From positions 160,001 to 224,000 of the forward strand of contig JAVJQW010000033.1 in assembly GCA_040218735.1 (NCBI GenBank): a stretch of 64,000 nt of DNA, written 5' to 3'. Both the position numbers and the translations under genes were made by a program. A model generated the notes under the pieces. The model made no database searches. It was given only the letters and a program-made list of their open reading frames with translations, and was not told the origin of the DNA. This document shows, one piece after another, positions 19,601 to 27,355 of this stretch; within the stretch, counting starts at the first letter, position 1, and each line of letters opens with the position of its first letter. This DNA comes from Deltaproteobacteria bacterium. Its GTDB lineage: Bacteria > Myxococcota > Kuafuiibacteriia > Kuafuiibacteriales > Kuafuiibacteriaceae.

Positions 19601-21744
19601 TGCCCCTTGCTTCGCCCCTGCGTCCCGACGGTGAGCTGGTAGCTCCCGACGCCGAGATATTGCTGCACGAGGAAGTTCCGGCCCACGCCGTTCTGCGCGA
19701 CCGTCACCAACGACGGCACGACACGCGTGCGCAGGCGCCCCTCGGTCGCGAGGAGCCCGGTCGACTCCAGCTGGTAGAGCCCGGTCGCGGTCGCCTCGAC
19801 GAGGTAGCTCCGCTGGCTGCTGCGATCGAGGTCGAAGAAGACCGGCTCGCGATCCGAAAGGCGCGGCAGCTTCGGGATGTTCGCGAGCCGCGCGTCGGGC
19901 ATCGCGGGCAACGGCGTGTCGGGTTCGAGGCGGCGAGTCTTCAGACCGACCGTCGACACCGAGATCCCCGGCGCCCCCTTCACGCGGATCTCGTGACGCC
20001 CCACCGACGGACGCAGCGACGTCCCCCAGCTCCCCCCGTCCACGGACAAGAGCAGCCGCGCGCCGTCCTCGGCCTCGGCGTAGAGCACACCTTCCTCCGC
20101 GATGTTCGTCGAGAGCGTCGCGACCTCGTTCGGCCGCAGCGCGATCGACAACGGGTCGCGCAGATCGAGGGGGAGCTTCCGCGCGAGGATTCCCGTGCGC
20201 ACACCGGGTTGCTCGTTCACGTACAGCGTCAGCCCGTCGGACGGCGCCGCGAATCGCTCGAAACGAACCGCCGGTCGCGGCGGCTCGATCTCGATCTTCG
20301 CGTTCGAGCCGAACACCCGCCCGAGCCGATCGCCGAGGCCGTCTCGGCTCAGCGCGACCTCGATGACCCCCTTCTTGTCCGGGTACATCGTCAGCACGTA
20401 GAGCCCGCGATCCACGCTCCACGTGGCGGGGGCCTTCTGGGTCTTCGGCGTCCGGTAGTCCTTCGGCGGCGTCACGAAGAACGGCTCGAGCCGGAAGTCC
20501 GCGCGCGCGTCGCCGCCCGCGACGAGGCGGTAGGTCCCGCTCTCGTGGATGTCGAGGAGGATGGTCGCTTTGTCGAGGAGGTTGAAGCGGCGCGCCCACC
20601 CGTCGCCGTCGGCGGGGCGCGGCGCCTGCCACACCGTGGCGTCCCAGGGCTCCTTGTTGCGCACGACGATGCCCGAGGCATCGAGCTCGTCGGCGGGGTG
20701 ACCGGAGTGCACCGTCGCGACGTAGTACTCGCCGCGCGGGAGGGTGACGCTGCGACGCTGGTCGAAGTGCTGCAGAAGGTACGGCCGCCCCGCGGGGCCG
20801 CGCACCGTGACGACGCGTGCGCTGTTGTCGCTGCCCAGGAAGAGCTCCGCGATCGGCGGCACGGACTTCTTGGTGATCGCCGTCCGCCGGTCGCCGCTCC
20901 AAGGTGAGTGCGCCTGGTAGCGCCCGACCTCGAGCCCGAGATCCAGCGCCTCCGCGAGCTCGATGCGGTAGTAACTCGCGCCGGTCACGACGAAGCGGTC
21001 GTACCCCAGCGGCCCGATCACCATGCGCTTGCGGAGCACGGAGGGAAGCGTCGGGATGCCGAAGCGGAGGTGGAACGGGTGGCTCTTGTCGTCGTCGGCC
21101 CACGCGCGCGGCACGCCGCCGTACGCGGTGAGGAGGTAGAGCCCCGGCTCGAGGTCCGCCGTCAGGCGCCGCACCGCGAGCGGGCGCCCGGTCTTGGGCT
21201 CCGTGGTGTCCGACTCCGGTGTGCGGTCGACGAGCCAGGTGCCGTCCTTCCACAGGCGCAGGTCCGACAGGTTGCGCCCCGCGGCTTCGAAGGCGACCCA
21301 GCGGCGCTTGGTGATCTCCACCCAGTAGGAACGCTGCTCGAAGTCGCCGAGCGTGGTGTCGATCGGTTTGTGCTCGACGATCTTCGGCGGCGCCGGCGCG
21401 TTCTTCTCCGCGAACGCGTGCACGCGCAGCGACGCCTTGCCCTTCGAGGCGCGCGGGTCGCCGAACGTCTTGATGCGGTAGGTGCCGCGGTCGAAGAACG
21501 CGTCGAGGCGTCCGTCCTCTTCGCCGGCGCGGCCGTGCACGGGGCCGGGGCCCGCGACGCGATCCACGATCTGCAGCGCGACGCCCGTCTTGCTCTGCGT
21601 GGTGATCGCGTAGCGCCCGAAGGCGTCGATGTTCACGTGCGCGGTGTCCGGCGCGTCGGCCGGGACGGAGCTCTTGTAGACGGTGGGGGCGGCGAGGGCC
21701 GTGGAGCCGAAGAGGAGGATCGTGAACCCGAGAGCGCGCGCCAT
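16687..21744 (-). CDS. Large exported protein (~1685 aa) with repeated PPC-like beta-sandwich modules, coupled to A2M
   Basis: Signal peptide MARALGFTILLFGSTALA; recurring G.Y.L/I segments (LEPGLYLL, LGVGSYQL, FEKGRYRL, LAAGRYTL, LEAGTYVL); ATGA overlap with A2M. Alternative start GTG 21795. Confidence 0.8.
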   Translation of the reverse strand: MARALGFTILLFGSTALAAPTVYKSSVPADAPDTAHVNIDAFGRYAITTQSKTGVALQIVDRVAGPGPVHGRAGEEDGRLDAFFDRGTYRIKTFGDPRASKGKASLRVHAFAEKNAPAPPKIVEHKPIDTTLGDFEQRSYWVEITKRRWVAFEAAGRNLSDLRLWKDGTWLVDRTPESDTTEPKTGRPLAVRRLTADLEPGLYLLTAYGGVPRAWADDDKSHPFHLRFGIPTLPSVLRKRMVIGPLGYDRFVVTGASYYRIELAEALDLGLEVGRYQAHSPWSGDRRTAITKKSVPPIAELFLGSDNSARVVTVRGPAGRPYLLQHFDQRRSVTLPRGEYYVATVHSGHPADELDASGIVVRNKEPWDATVWQAPRPADGDGWARRFNLLDKATILLDIHESGTYRLVAGGDARADFRLEPFFVTPPKDYRTPKTQKAPATWSVDRGLYVLTMYPDKKGVIEVALSRDGLGDRLGRVFGSNAKIEIEPPRPAVRFERFAAPSDGLTLYVNEQPGVRTGILARKLPLDLRDPLSIALRPNEVATLSTNIAEEGVLYAEAEDGARLLLSVDGGSWGTSLRPSVGRHEIRVKGAPGISVSTVGLKTRRLEPDTPLPAMPDARLANIPKLPRLSDREPVFFDLDRSSQRSYLVEATATGLYQLESTGLLATEGRLRTRVVPSLVTVAQNGVGRNFLVQQYLGVGSYQLTVGTQGRSKGHLGVRLKRTKESRRAPLIDGVPARATIHVGETLVYPFEIEEEGSYRLRAFGQGRTLKARLEDAEGWPLVTPNVDADFDRRFEKGRYRLIVLPESVDVRVVTLLEKHQPPLTFEGHGPHSIPLNQQIEHTWVRKGDDTKKDVWSFEVPADVDVKLELGGKMHGDLFREGQREKVAYVPPLRGWSGALTKGRYRLEIENLQKTTDVPYALAVRTVQLVVGQTWNVRAPQVLPLAIGTDEVVEINSFGGADVAARLIDADGRVVARSDDRPDDWNFLLARRLAAGRYTLRIDPVAGRRAHTRVRVLTRAAHASKPFAVPGTKTVNVEDRREVIPLTLPEGARFLVVWARSPETTAIAVEENVGGWRAVAQHVGRPARIEVPLALGAKRDRYRVNVWSTEERGAPVELEVHAVAPEPISEAKLARGHVVSRIGKLPIGLAAVALETPGSFTFDEPENVRWADRVAAAAPDRGLAHPAGRQLWIVQALDKAKRGTVRGKRVALDGGALPIVIDDQGVRVDVVDDAMVVATIDTSRSPLGLTVLGPNQIAAPRHYDVSANGRAAAVSLGGRARGVQVWSATSGVDAFDATLRVARFDEVTKTTATRGSVAPGAAVILEKKAGASRHHVLLTRGGVAAIAQGDEVQRVVLANEVPERFDGDSDRVVVFNPSSSPVEYAIDVVEAGDKRVPYEQMEVANGRFELTLPAVKNARVLRVVGAESVTWFGADGKTATGDTFDVPGVGGVVRIVHGAETVLAWTDVPEHPYAALFDRNPSAKAVEAPGSVALSGRAMAFDLSAEAATLFEVRADVPVVARWETPGAAPQVVVGRRGLAMPLFLSSGRGRLSLRAVGGGPLFGRAAFVRTEVPHLEEGIGPQVVIGPGHARAFTFDVKDATKIGVGLRASDAEVRMALLDPKRGVIGDGVAQMPKLEAGTYVLLVYTGEKVARVRPAIVGTKPPPTGPPGEVVDRYIQLEGEDS

Positions 21745-21836
21745 TACTGGGCGACAACGACGGGGCGCGCGCGGATCTTCACTTGAGTGGGGCACGCGGC
21801 GGACGGTACCGCGGTTGGGCACCCGGTGAAGGGGCG

Positions 21837-22406
21837 TCACTCCTCGATGTCGACGATCATCTCGCCCAACTCGTAGACCGGCTCCGGCGGCTCCGGGACG
21901 GGTTCGGGGTCGACGGCGATGTCACCCATGATCATCGGGTCGACCCGGATGCCGCCCGCCACCGGCTGGGGGACGGGGTCCGGCGGGGTGATCTTCTCGA
22001 TCTTCTCGATGGTCTTCGTCACGACGCTCTCCGGCCCAAAGACCCGATCGTCGCGGAGCTGCCGGTAGGCGAGCAGCGACAGCATCGACGCCGACAGCGT
22101 GATCGCCGCGGCGGCCATCCGGAACGTGCGACGCTTGGCCTGCTGAAGGACGCGGGCGAGGCCGACCGGGCAGTCGTCGGTGAGGACGCGCCCGTCGCGG
22201 CGCTGGAAGAGGCGCCCGCAGAACTTCCCTTCGGTCTTCTCGATGAGGTCGACGATCTCGACCGGCGTCATCACCGTGAGGTCGTACACGTTCTTCTCGC
22301 ACGACTCGCAGAAGCGGCGGCGCTGGTCGCCGACCATGTCGGCCCACGCGGCGCTGCAGGGGCTGGCGATCTGGAGGTTGTCGAGGACGGGGAGGCTGCG
22401 GTTCAT
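21837..22406 (-). CDS. Hypothetical single-TM protein with N-terminal Cys cluster
   Basis: IASPC..W..M.GD...RFC..C.KNVY...FCGR...DC, then a TM helix and a Pro/acidic tail. Confidence 0.8.
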   Translation of the reverse strand: MNRSLPVLDNLQIASPCSAAWADMVGDQRRRFCESCEKNVYDLTVMTPVEIVDLIEKTEGKFCGRLFQRRDGRVLTDDCPVGLARVLQQAKRRTFRMAAAAITLSASMLSLLAYRQLRDDRVFGPESVVTKTIEKIEKITPPDPVPQPVAGGIRVDPMIMGDIAVDPEPVPEPPEPVYELGEMIVDIEE

Positions 22407-22478
22407 GGGGGATGAAAACGCGCCCCCCGCGCCGAGGATCTGAATTTTCTCGTGCGTTTGCCTACGCGTTACAAACGA

Positions 22479-23147
22479 CTACAGGCCGACGGCGGCCCAG
22501 TCGTAGGCCGCCTCCACGTAGGCGAGCTCCTCGGTGTAGTCCTTGTGCACCTGCTTCCTCAGGTTCGAGATCGTCTTGTGCGGGATCGACTTCGACGCGA
22601 GGTTCACGAGCCACTTCGGCAGTGAGCCGCCTGGATCCGCCATGACCTCGTAGGTGACCTCGGTCTTCTCCGGCGAGACGGCGATCAGGCGCCACTTGAG
22701 GTCCAGGTTGGGCATCCGGACCACGCCGTCGACCTCGGGGGCGAGTTTGTCCGCCGTGTTCTTGGCGTACAGCTCCACGCCGCGCTCCTTTTGGAGGATC
22801 TTGAGGCTGGTCTGGACGACGACGTCACGGTCGGAGATCAGCGGCACCCCCGTACCGGTGCGGTTGTAGACGACGCGCCGACCCATCCCCTGGAACCGCA
22901 CCGGGCGGTTCTCGACGCAGCTGTCCATCCACTCCGTCTTCCGCTTCCAGTCCTGGAGGACCGCGAGGATCTTCTTGATGCTGGCGTCCACCTTGCCCTT
23001 CCCACGGAAGCGCACCAGCGAGGTCCCCTCGACGGGCTGCTGCCAGACCTGGATGCCTTCGTCGTGGGAGATCTCCTCCCAGTCGGCGCCGAACGCCGAA
23101 GCGGGCGCGAGGAGGGCGAAGCAGAGCGGGAGCGACCACACACGCAT
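22479..23147 (-). CDS. Exported START-domain lipid-binding protein
   Basis: Signal peptide; WEEI...GIQVW, SDRDVV, DPGGSLPKWLVN. TACAAT lies 9 nt upstream of ATG 23147. Confidence 0.88.
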   Translation of the reverse strand: MRVWSLPLCFALLAPASAFGADWEEISHDEGIQVWQQPVEGTSLVRFRGKGKVDASIKKILAVLQDWKRKTEWMDSCVENRPVRFQGMGRRVVYNRTGTGVPLISDRDVVVQTSLKILQKERGVELYAKNTADKLAPEVDGVVRMPNLDLKWRLIAVSPEKTEVTYEVMADPGGSLPKWLVNLASKSIPHKTISNLRKQVHKDYTEELAYVEAAYDWAAVGL

Positions 23148-23268
23148 GCGTCGGTGATTGTACGAGACGGGGCGCGGCCTCGCATCCGCAGATCGGGGGG
23201 TTGGGATCTTCCATGACGCGTTGCGTTTTCGTTGACCTGGGGTGGCCCGAGGCGCCACTCCCCACCCC

Positions 23269-23661
23269 GTGAAGAAGCTGCGATGGGCCACGGGTCTGTT
23301 CCTCGTCACCGCCGCGTGCGGCGGGAGCGAGCCGGCGACGTTCACCGAGGTCCAGGACCAGGTGCTGACGCCGGCCTGCGCGTTTTCGTCCTGTCACTCC
23401 ACCGCGAACGCCAACAACGCGGGGATGCTCGATCTGACCGCCGGCGTCGCCTTCGCGGAGCTGGTCGGGGTCAACGCCGTCGAGGCGCCGGACCGCGTGC
23501 TCGTCGTGGCGGGCGACGTCGCGGGCTCCTACCTCGTCGACAAGATCGAGGACACGAACCTGCCGGCCGGCGCGCGCGAGATGCCGCCGGGCCAGCCGCT
23601 GTCCGCGGAGCGTATCGAGCTGGTGCGGTCGTGGATCGAGGCCGGGGCGGCGAACGACTGA
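23269..23661 (+). CDS. Lipoprotein, putative monoheme cytochrome c with CX4CH motif
   Basis: Lipobox TAAC; CAFSSCH; SYLVDKI...MPPG...IELVRSWIEAGA. Start placed at GTG 23269. Confidence 0.7.
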   Translation: MKKLRWATGLFLVTAACGGSEPATFTEVQDQVLTPACAFSSCHSTANANNAGMLDLTAGVAFAELVGVNAVEAPDRVLVVAGDVAGSYLVDKIEDTNLPAGAREMPPGQPLSAERIELVRSWIEAGAAND

Positions 23662-23692
23662 GGGGCGTGTTAACGTCCGGCCGAATCAGCTC

Positions 23693-24226
23693 GTGATCAT
23701 CGAGGCGTCCATCGTGGTGGAAGCGCCACCGACCGTGGTGTTCCGCTTCTACGAACAGCTCGACCATCTGCGGTATGTGAGCGCCGAGCGCCGCCGGGAG
23801 TGGTGCAAGGCCCACGACCAGCGGATCGACGTGGGGCGCGAGTACGAAGTCCACATCAATCAGGGTCGTCACTCGATCATGCTGCGGGTGCGAACGGTGC
23901 GCATCGACCGCGACCGCTGCATCGAGGACGAGTTCCTGAACTGGCCGCTCAAGGGCGCGCGGCACGTGCAGAGCTTCGACGCGCACGAAGATGGCCGGTT
24001 CACGACCGTGCACGAGCTCAACCACTGGGAGCCGCCCTGGTACGCCAAGCCCACGGTGAAGAAACACGAGTGGGAGCAGACCCGGTTCTTCGAGGAGAAA
24101 CTCGCCAACGGGAAGCGGGTCATCGAGGCGGTTTACGCCGTGCGCGGGGATGACGCGTTCACGCGGTCGGTCGTCGAAGAAGCCCGCGCCGTCGGGGTGG
24201 ATCCCGTGATCGACGACGACGGCTAG
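23693..24226 (+). CDS. SRPBCC (polyketide cyclase-like) family protein
   Basis: IEASIVVEAPP..VF.FY, IEDEF...PL....H...F pattern. Confidence 0.7.
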   Translation: MIIEASIVVEAPPTVVFRFYEQLDHLRYVSAERRREWCKAHDQRIDVGREYEVHINQGRHSIMLRVRTVRIDRDRCIEDEFLNWPLKGARHVQSFDAHEDGRFTTVHELNHWEPPWYAKPTVKKHEWEQTRFFEEKLANGKRVIEAVYAVRGDDAFTRSVVEEARAVGVDPVIDDDG

Positions 24227-24274
24227 CTTTCACAAAACGTTGACCCTCTCTCACGGACGCGCCAAACCGCGCGC

Positions 24275-25402
24275 ATGGCTCGCGCCTCGTACTCCGTAGT
24301 CCTCCTTCCCGGCGACGGTGGCGGCGCCGAGGTCGCGGCGCAGGGGCGCCGGGTGCTCGACCGCGTCGCTTCGATGACCGACACCACGTTCGACGTCGAC
24401 GAGATCCCGTGCGGCGGGAAGTACTTCCTCGAGCACGGTCGCGACTGGCCCGAGGGGTCCGAGGCGAAGTGCAAGGCCGCCGACGTCATCCTGCTCGGCG
24501 CGGTCGGGTGGCCGTCGCCGAACGGCAAGGGCCCGGTGACGATGCCGGACGGGAACATGGCGGGGTGGTCGCCGGTGATCGGCAACCGCTTGAAGCTCGA
24601 CCTGTACGCGAACGTCCGCCCGGTGAAGCTGTTCGAGGGTGTGCAGCACCGCATCAGCGGGCAGCACCGGCAGGTGTGGGCGCCGGAGAACGTCGACATG
24701 GTGTTCCTGCGCGAGAACACCGAAGACCTCTACTGCGGGATGGGCGGGACGCTGCGCCCCGGGGGTGTGGCGCAGGTCGCGACGGACACCCGTGTGATCA
24801 CGCGGCGCGCGTCCGAGCGCATCATCGAGCTGGCGTACCGGACGGCGATGGAGCGCGGCGGCAAGAAGAAGGTCACCTGCGTGGTGAAGAACAACGTGCT
24901 CGAGGGGTGCCGCTTCTTCCACGAGGTGTTCCAGGAGATCGGCGAGCGCTACCCCGAGGTGGAGCAGGACGTCGCGATCATCGACGCCTTCACCCAGTGG
25001 CTCGTCTGCGAGCCGGAGCGCTACGACGTCGTGGTCACCACGAACATGTTCGGCGACATCATCACGGACCTCGCCTCCGTCCTTCAGGGCGGTATGGGTA
25101 TGGCGGTCGGCTGCAACGTCGGCGACGACCACGCGATGTTCGAGCCCATCCACGGCTCGGCGCCGCAGTTCGCCGGGAAGGACCAGCTCAACCCGAACGC
25201 GATGATCCTCTCCGTGGCCGAGGCCCTCCGGTGGCTGGGGCGGAAGAAGGACGACGCCCGGCTCGTCGAGGCCGGCGACGCCGTCGAAGAGGCCGTGAAG
25301 GCGGTCCTCGCCTCCGGGGAGGCCCTGACGTTCGACCTGACCTCCGACTCCCCCGCAACGATGTCCGCCGCGACCGACGCCGTACTGGGCCGCCTCTCCT
25401 GA
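24275..25402 (+). CDS. Isocitrate/isopropylmalate/tartrate dehydrogenase family
   Basis: LPGDG.G.EV, LDLYANVRP, RENTEDLY, NMFGDIITD, MFEPIHGSAP, T.DL. Confidence 0.93.
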   Translation: MARASYSVVLLPGDGGGAEVAAQGRRVLDRVASMTDTTFDVDEIPCGGKYFLEHGRDWPEGSEAKCKAADVILLGAVGWPSPNGKGPVTMPDGNMAGWSPVIGNRLKLDLYANVRPVKLFEGVQHRISGQHRQVWAPENVDMVFLRENTEDLYCGMGGTLRPGGVAQVATDTRVITRRASERIIELAYRTAMERGGKKKVTCVVKNNVLEGCRFFHEVFQEIGERYPEVEQDVAIIDAFTQWLVCEPERYDVVVTTNMFGDIITDLASVLQGGMGMAVGCNVGDDHAMFEPIHGSAPQFAGKDQLNPNAMILSVAEALRWLGRKKDDARLVEAGDAVEEAVKAVLASGEALTFDLTSDSPATMSAATDAVLGRLS

Positions 25403-25502
25403 CCAACGGTCAGCTTTGAGGCTTCCGCGCCACAGGGGTCCGTAGTTTGACGGAGGGCACTTGTGGAGGCGATGCCACACCATCGTGAACGTGCGGCGCG
25501 TA

Positions 25503-26759
25503 ATGGGTCGAATTGGTCCCTGGGCGGTGGCCTGTCTGATCCTGACGGGTTGTGAGAAGGACGAGCTGTCCCCCGTCTCGGACTTCATGGGGACGGACTG
25601 CGAGGACGTCACCAACTGCGGCGAGGGCTCGTACAAGCTCGACTCGGGTGTCGTTCAAGGTGACGTTGACGGCGGCGTGATCGACGCCGGCGCGGATCGC
25701 GACGGCGGTGGAACGCTGGACGGCGGAGTCGGTCGCGACGGTGGTCCGCGCGACGGCGGTCCCCGGGACGGCGGCGTGGTGCCGTCGACCTTCATCAACG
25801 TCGTCGGCACCTACCAGGCGGAGTACCTGTTCGACCTCTCGGACTACGCGTTTGGGCTGGGCGGCATCGCGAGTGATCTCGACCGCATCAACGAGCTGCT
25901 GCAGGGCCGGTCGCACCTCGGGCAGCCCTGGGAGTTCATCGTCGATCCGATTCTGCGGCAGATCGTCGACGACTACATCCCCGACTGGTTCGTGCAGTTC
26001 TTCAACACGATCAACAACATCGCGAACCTGTTCACGGACATCGAGGCCGACGCGATCCTGAACGTCCAGCAGGACCTCCCGCTGAACCCGACCGACACGA
26101 CGACGGCCATCCACGGCAACGAGACCTGGTCGGCGTTCTACCTGCGGTGGATCGATCAGTGCCCGCAGGGGCGTCAGACGACCTCGCCGATCCCGTACCC
26201 GCAGTGCGCGCAGGTGCCGATCCCGATCCTCAACCGCCCGACGCCCATCCCGGTCGGCGGCACCGGCGGCGTCGAGGTCGCGGTGTACATCCCGCCGTTC
26301 GACGGCACGCTGAACGCGGGCGTCCCGGAGGCGGACCTCGTCTTCGAGGACCGCGAGGTCGAGATCGAGATGCGCAAGTTCGTGCTCCTCGTCCTCGACA
26401 CCGTCACGAACATCGTGACGGGCGGCGCGCAGCCCACGTTCCGCGGCGCGCTGCTCAACGCCGTGCAGTGCCAGCAGCTCGCGAACCAGATCGCGCAGAG
26501 CAACGCCGCGGCGGCGGCGGCGCTCAACGCGCTGTGCGTCGGCCTGATCAACGGCGCGGTCGACGCCATCGCGGACATCGCCACGGACGTCGATGCGCTC
26601 GAGTTCGACCAGTACGGCCACGCGGTCGACACAAACCCGCAGGACGGCCAGAACCGCGCGGAGATCCTCCAGGTGCAGTCTGCGCCCGACACGATCGACG
26701 GCCGCTTCCGCCTCGTCGGCTCCAGCGACCTCGGCGGCGTCTGGGAGGCGTCGAAGTAA
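25503..26759 (+). CDS. Hypothetical lipoprotein with RDGG repeats
   Basis: Lipobox LTGC; (R)DGG repeats; strongly GC3-biased coding frame. Confidence 0.8.
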   Translation: MGRIGPWAVACLILTGCEKDELSPVSDFMGTDCEDVTNCGEGSYKLDSGVVQGDVDGGVIDAGADRDGGGTLDGGVGRDGGPRDGGPRDGGVVPSTFINVVGTYQAEYLFDLSDYAFGLGGIASDLDRINELLQGRSHLGQPWEFIVDPILRQIVDDYIPDWFVQFFNTINNIANLFTDIEADAILNVQQDLPLNPTDTTTAIHGNETWSAFYLRWIDQCPQGRQTTSPIPYPQCAQVPIPILNRPTPIPVGGTGGVEVAVYIPPFDGTLNAGVPEADLVFEDREVEIEMRKFVLLVLDTVTNIVTGGAQPTFRGALLNAVQCQQLANQIAQSNAAAAAALNALCVGLINGAVDAIADIATDVDALEFDQYGHAVDTNPQDGQNRAEILQVQSAPDTIDGRFRLVGSSDLGGVWEASK

Positions 26760-27323
26760 CTACCGCTCCACGCGGCCCTTGCCGTCGTCTTCGATTCTCC
26801 GCATCGGCTCTTCCTTCGGCTTCCTGCGTCTGTCGGATGCGCGCGTGAGCGCCTGGACGATCCGACGCTGCACGGCCCACATCGGTTCGCGCGAGGTTTC
26901 GTACGCTTCGAGCTCCCGGATCGCGAAGACCTCCCCGCCGCGCGCGCGGGGTTCGAAGCCGAAGGCGGCCTCGTTCGTGGGCGGCTCGACGGCGCACAAC
27001 AGATCGACCGCGCAGGTGCGCTGCATGACGAAGCGGTGATCGCGCGTGCCGCGGCGGATGGTCGACTTCGGGCGGCGCTCGACCGTCTCGCCGACGACGC
27101 GGACGAGGTGGGTGGTGAGGCCATGCTGAACGAGCACGAGGCGGTCGTCGACCTCGGGCTCGGCGAGGGTGTCGGCGTCCTCTTCGGTGCAGTGCAGGTC
27201 GAACACATCGCCGCGACGGATCGGCTCGCGGTGGCGCACCGTCGGATCTTCGCCGACGTACGCGAGCTCGTCCTCGTCGAGCGCGACGCTCTTCACCCAA
27301 CGAATGCGGCCGAAGGGGATCAC
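26760..27323 (-). CDS. Hypothetical protein (possible PUA/EVE-like fold)
   Basis: Fills the gap between neighbours from GTG 27323; P..DDRLVLVQHG.TTHLVRV segment. Confidence 0.6.
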   Translation of the reverse strand: MIPFGRIRWVKSVALDEDELAYVGEDPTVRHREPIRRGDVFDLHCTEEDADTLAEPEVDDRLVLVQHGLTTHLVRVVGETVERRPKSTIRRGTRDHRFVMQRTCAVDLLCAVEPPTNEAAFGFEPRARGGEVFAIRELEAYETSREPMWAVQRRIVQALTRASDRRRKPKEEPMRRIEDDGKGRVER

Positions 27324-27355
27324 GAAGTGAGATTGTAGCCGCTGAGCTCTGAACG

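Noticed and set aside
11105-20907. Very long plus-strand ORFs (916, 916 and 1310 aa) and an 1167-aa alternative-frame ORF starting at 21757
   Set aside because: They are antisense or off-frame shadows of the A2M and giant genes, expected from high-GC codon bias. They are Arg/Ala/Gly-rich with no motifs.
24275-25402. Assigning the symbol leuB or icd
   Set aside because: The family is clear but substrate specificity cannot be read from the motifs, and no leu genes are nearby.
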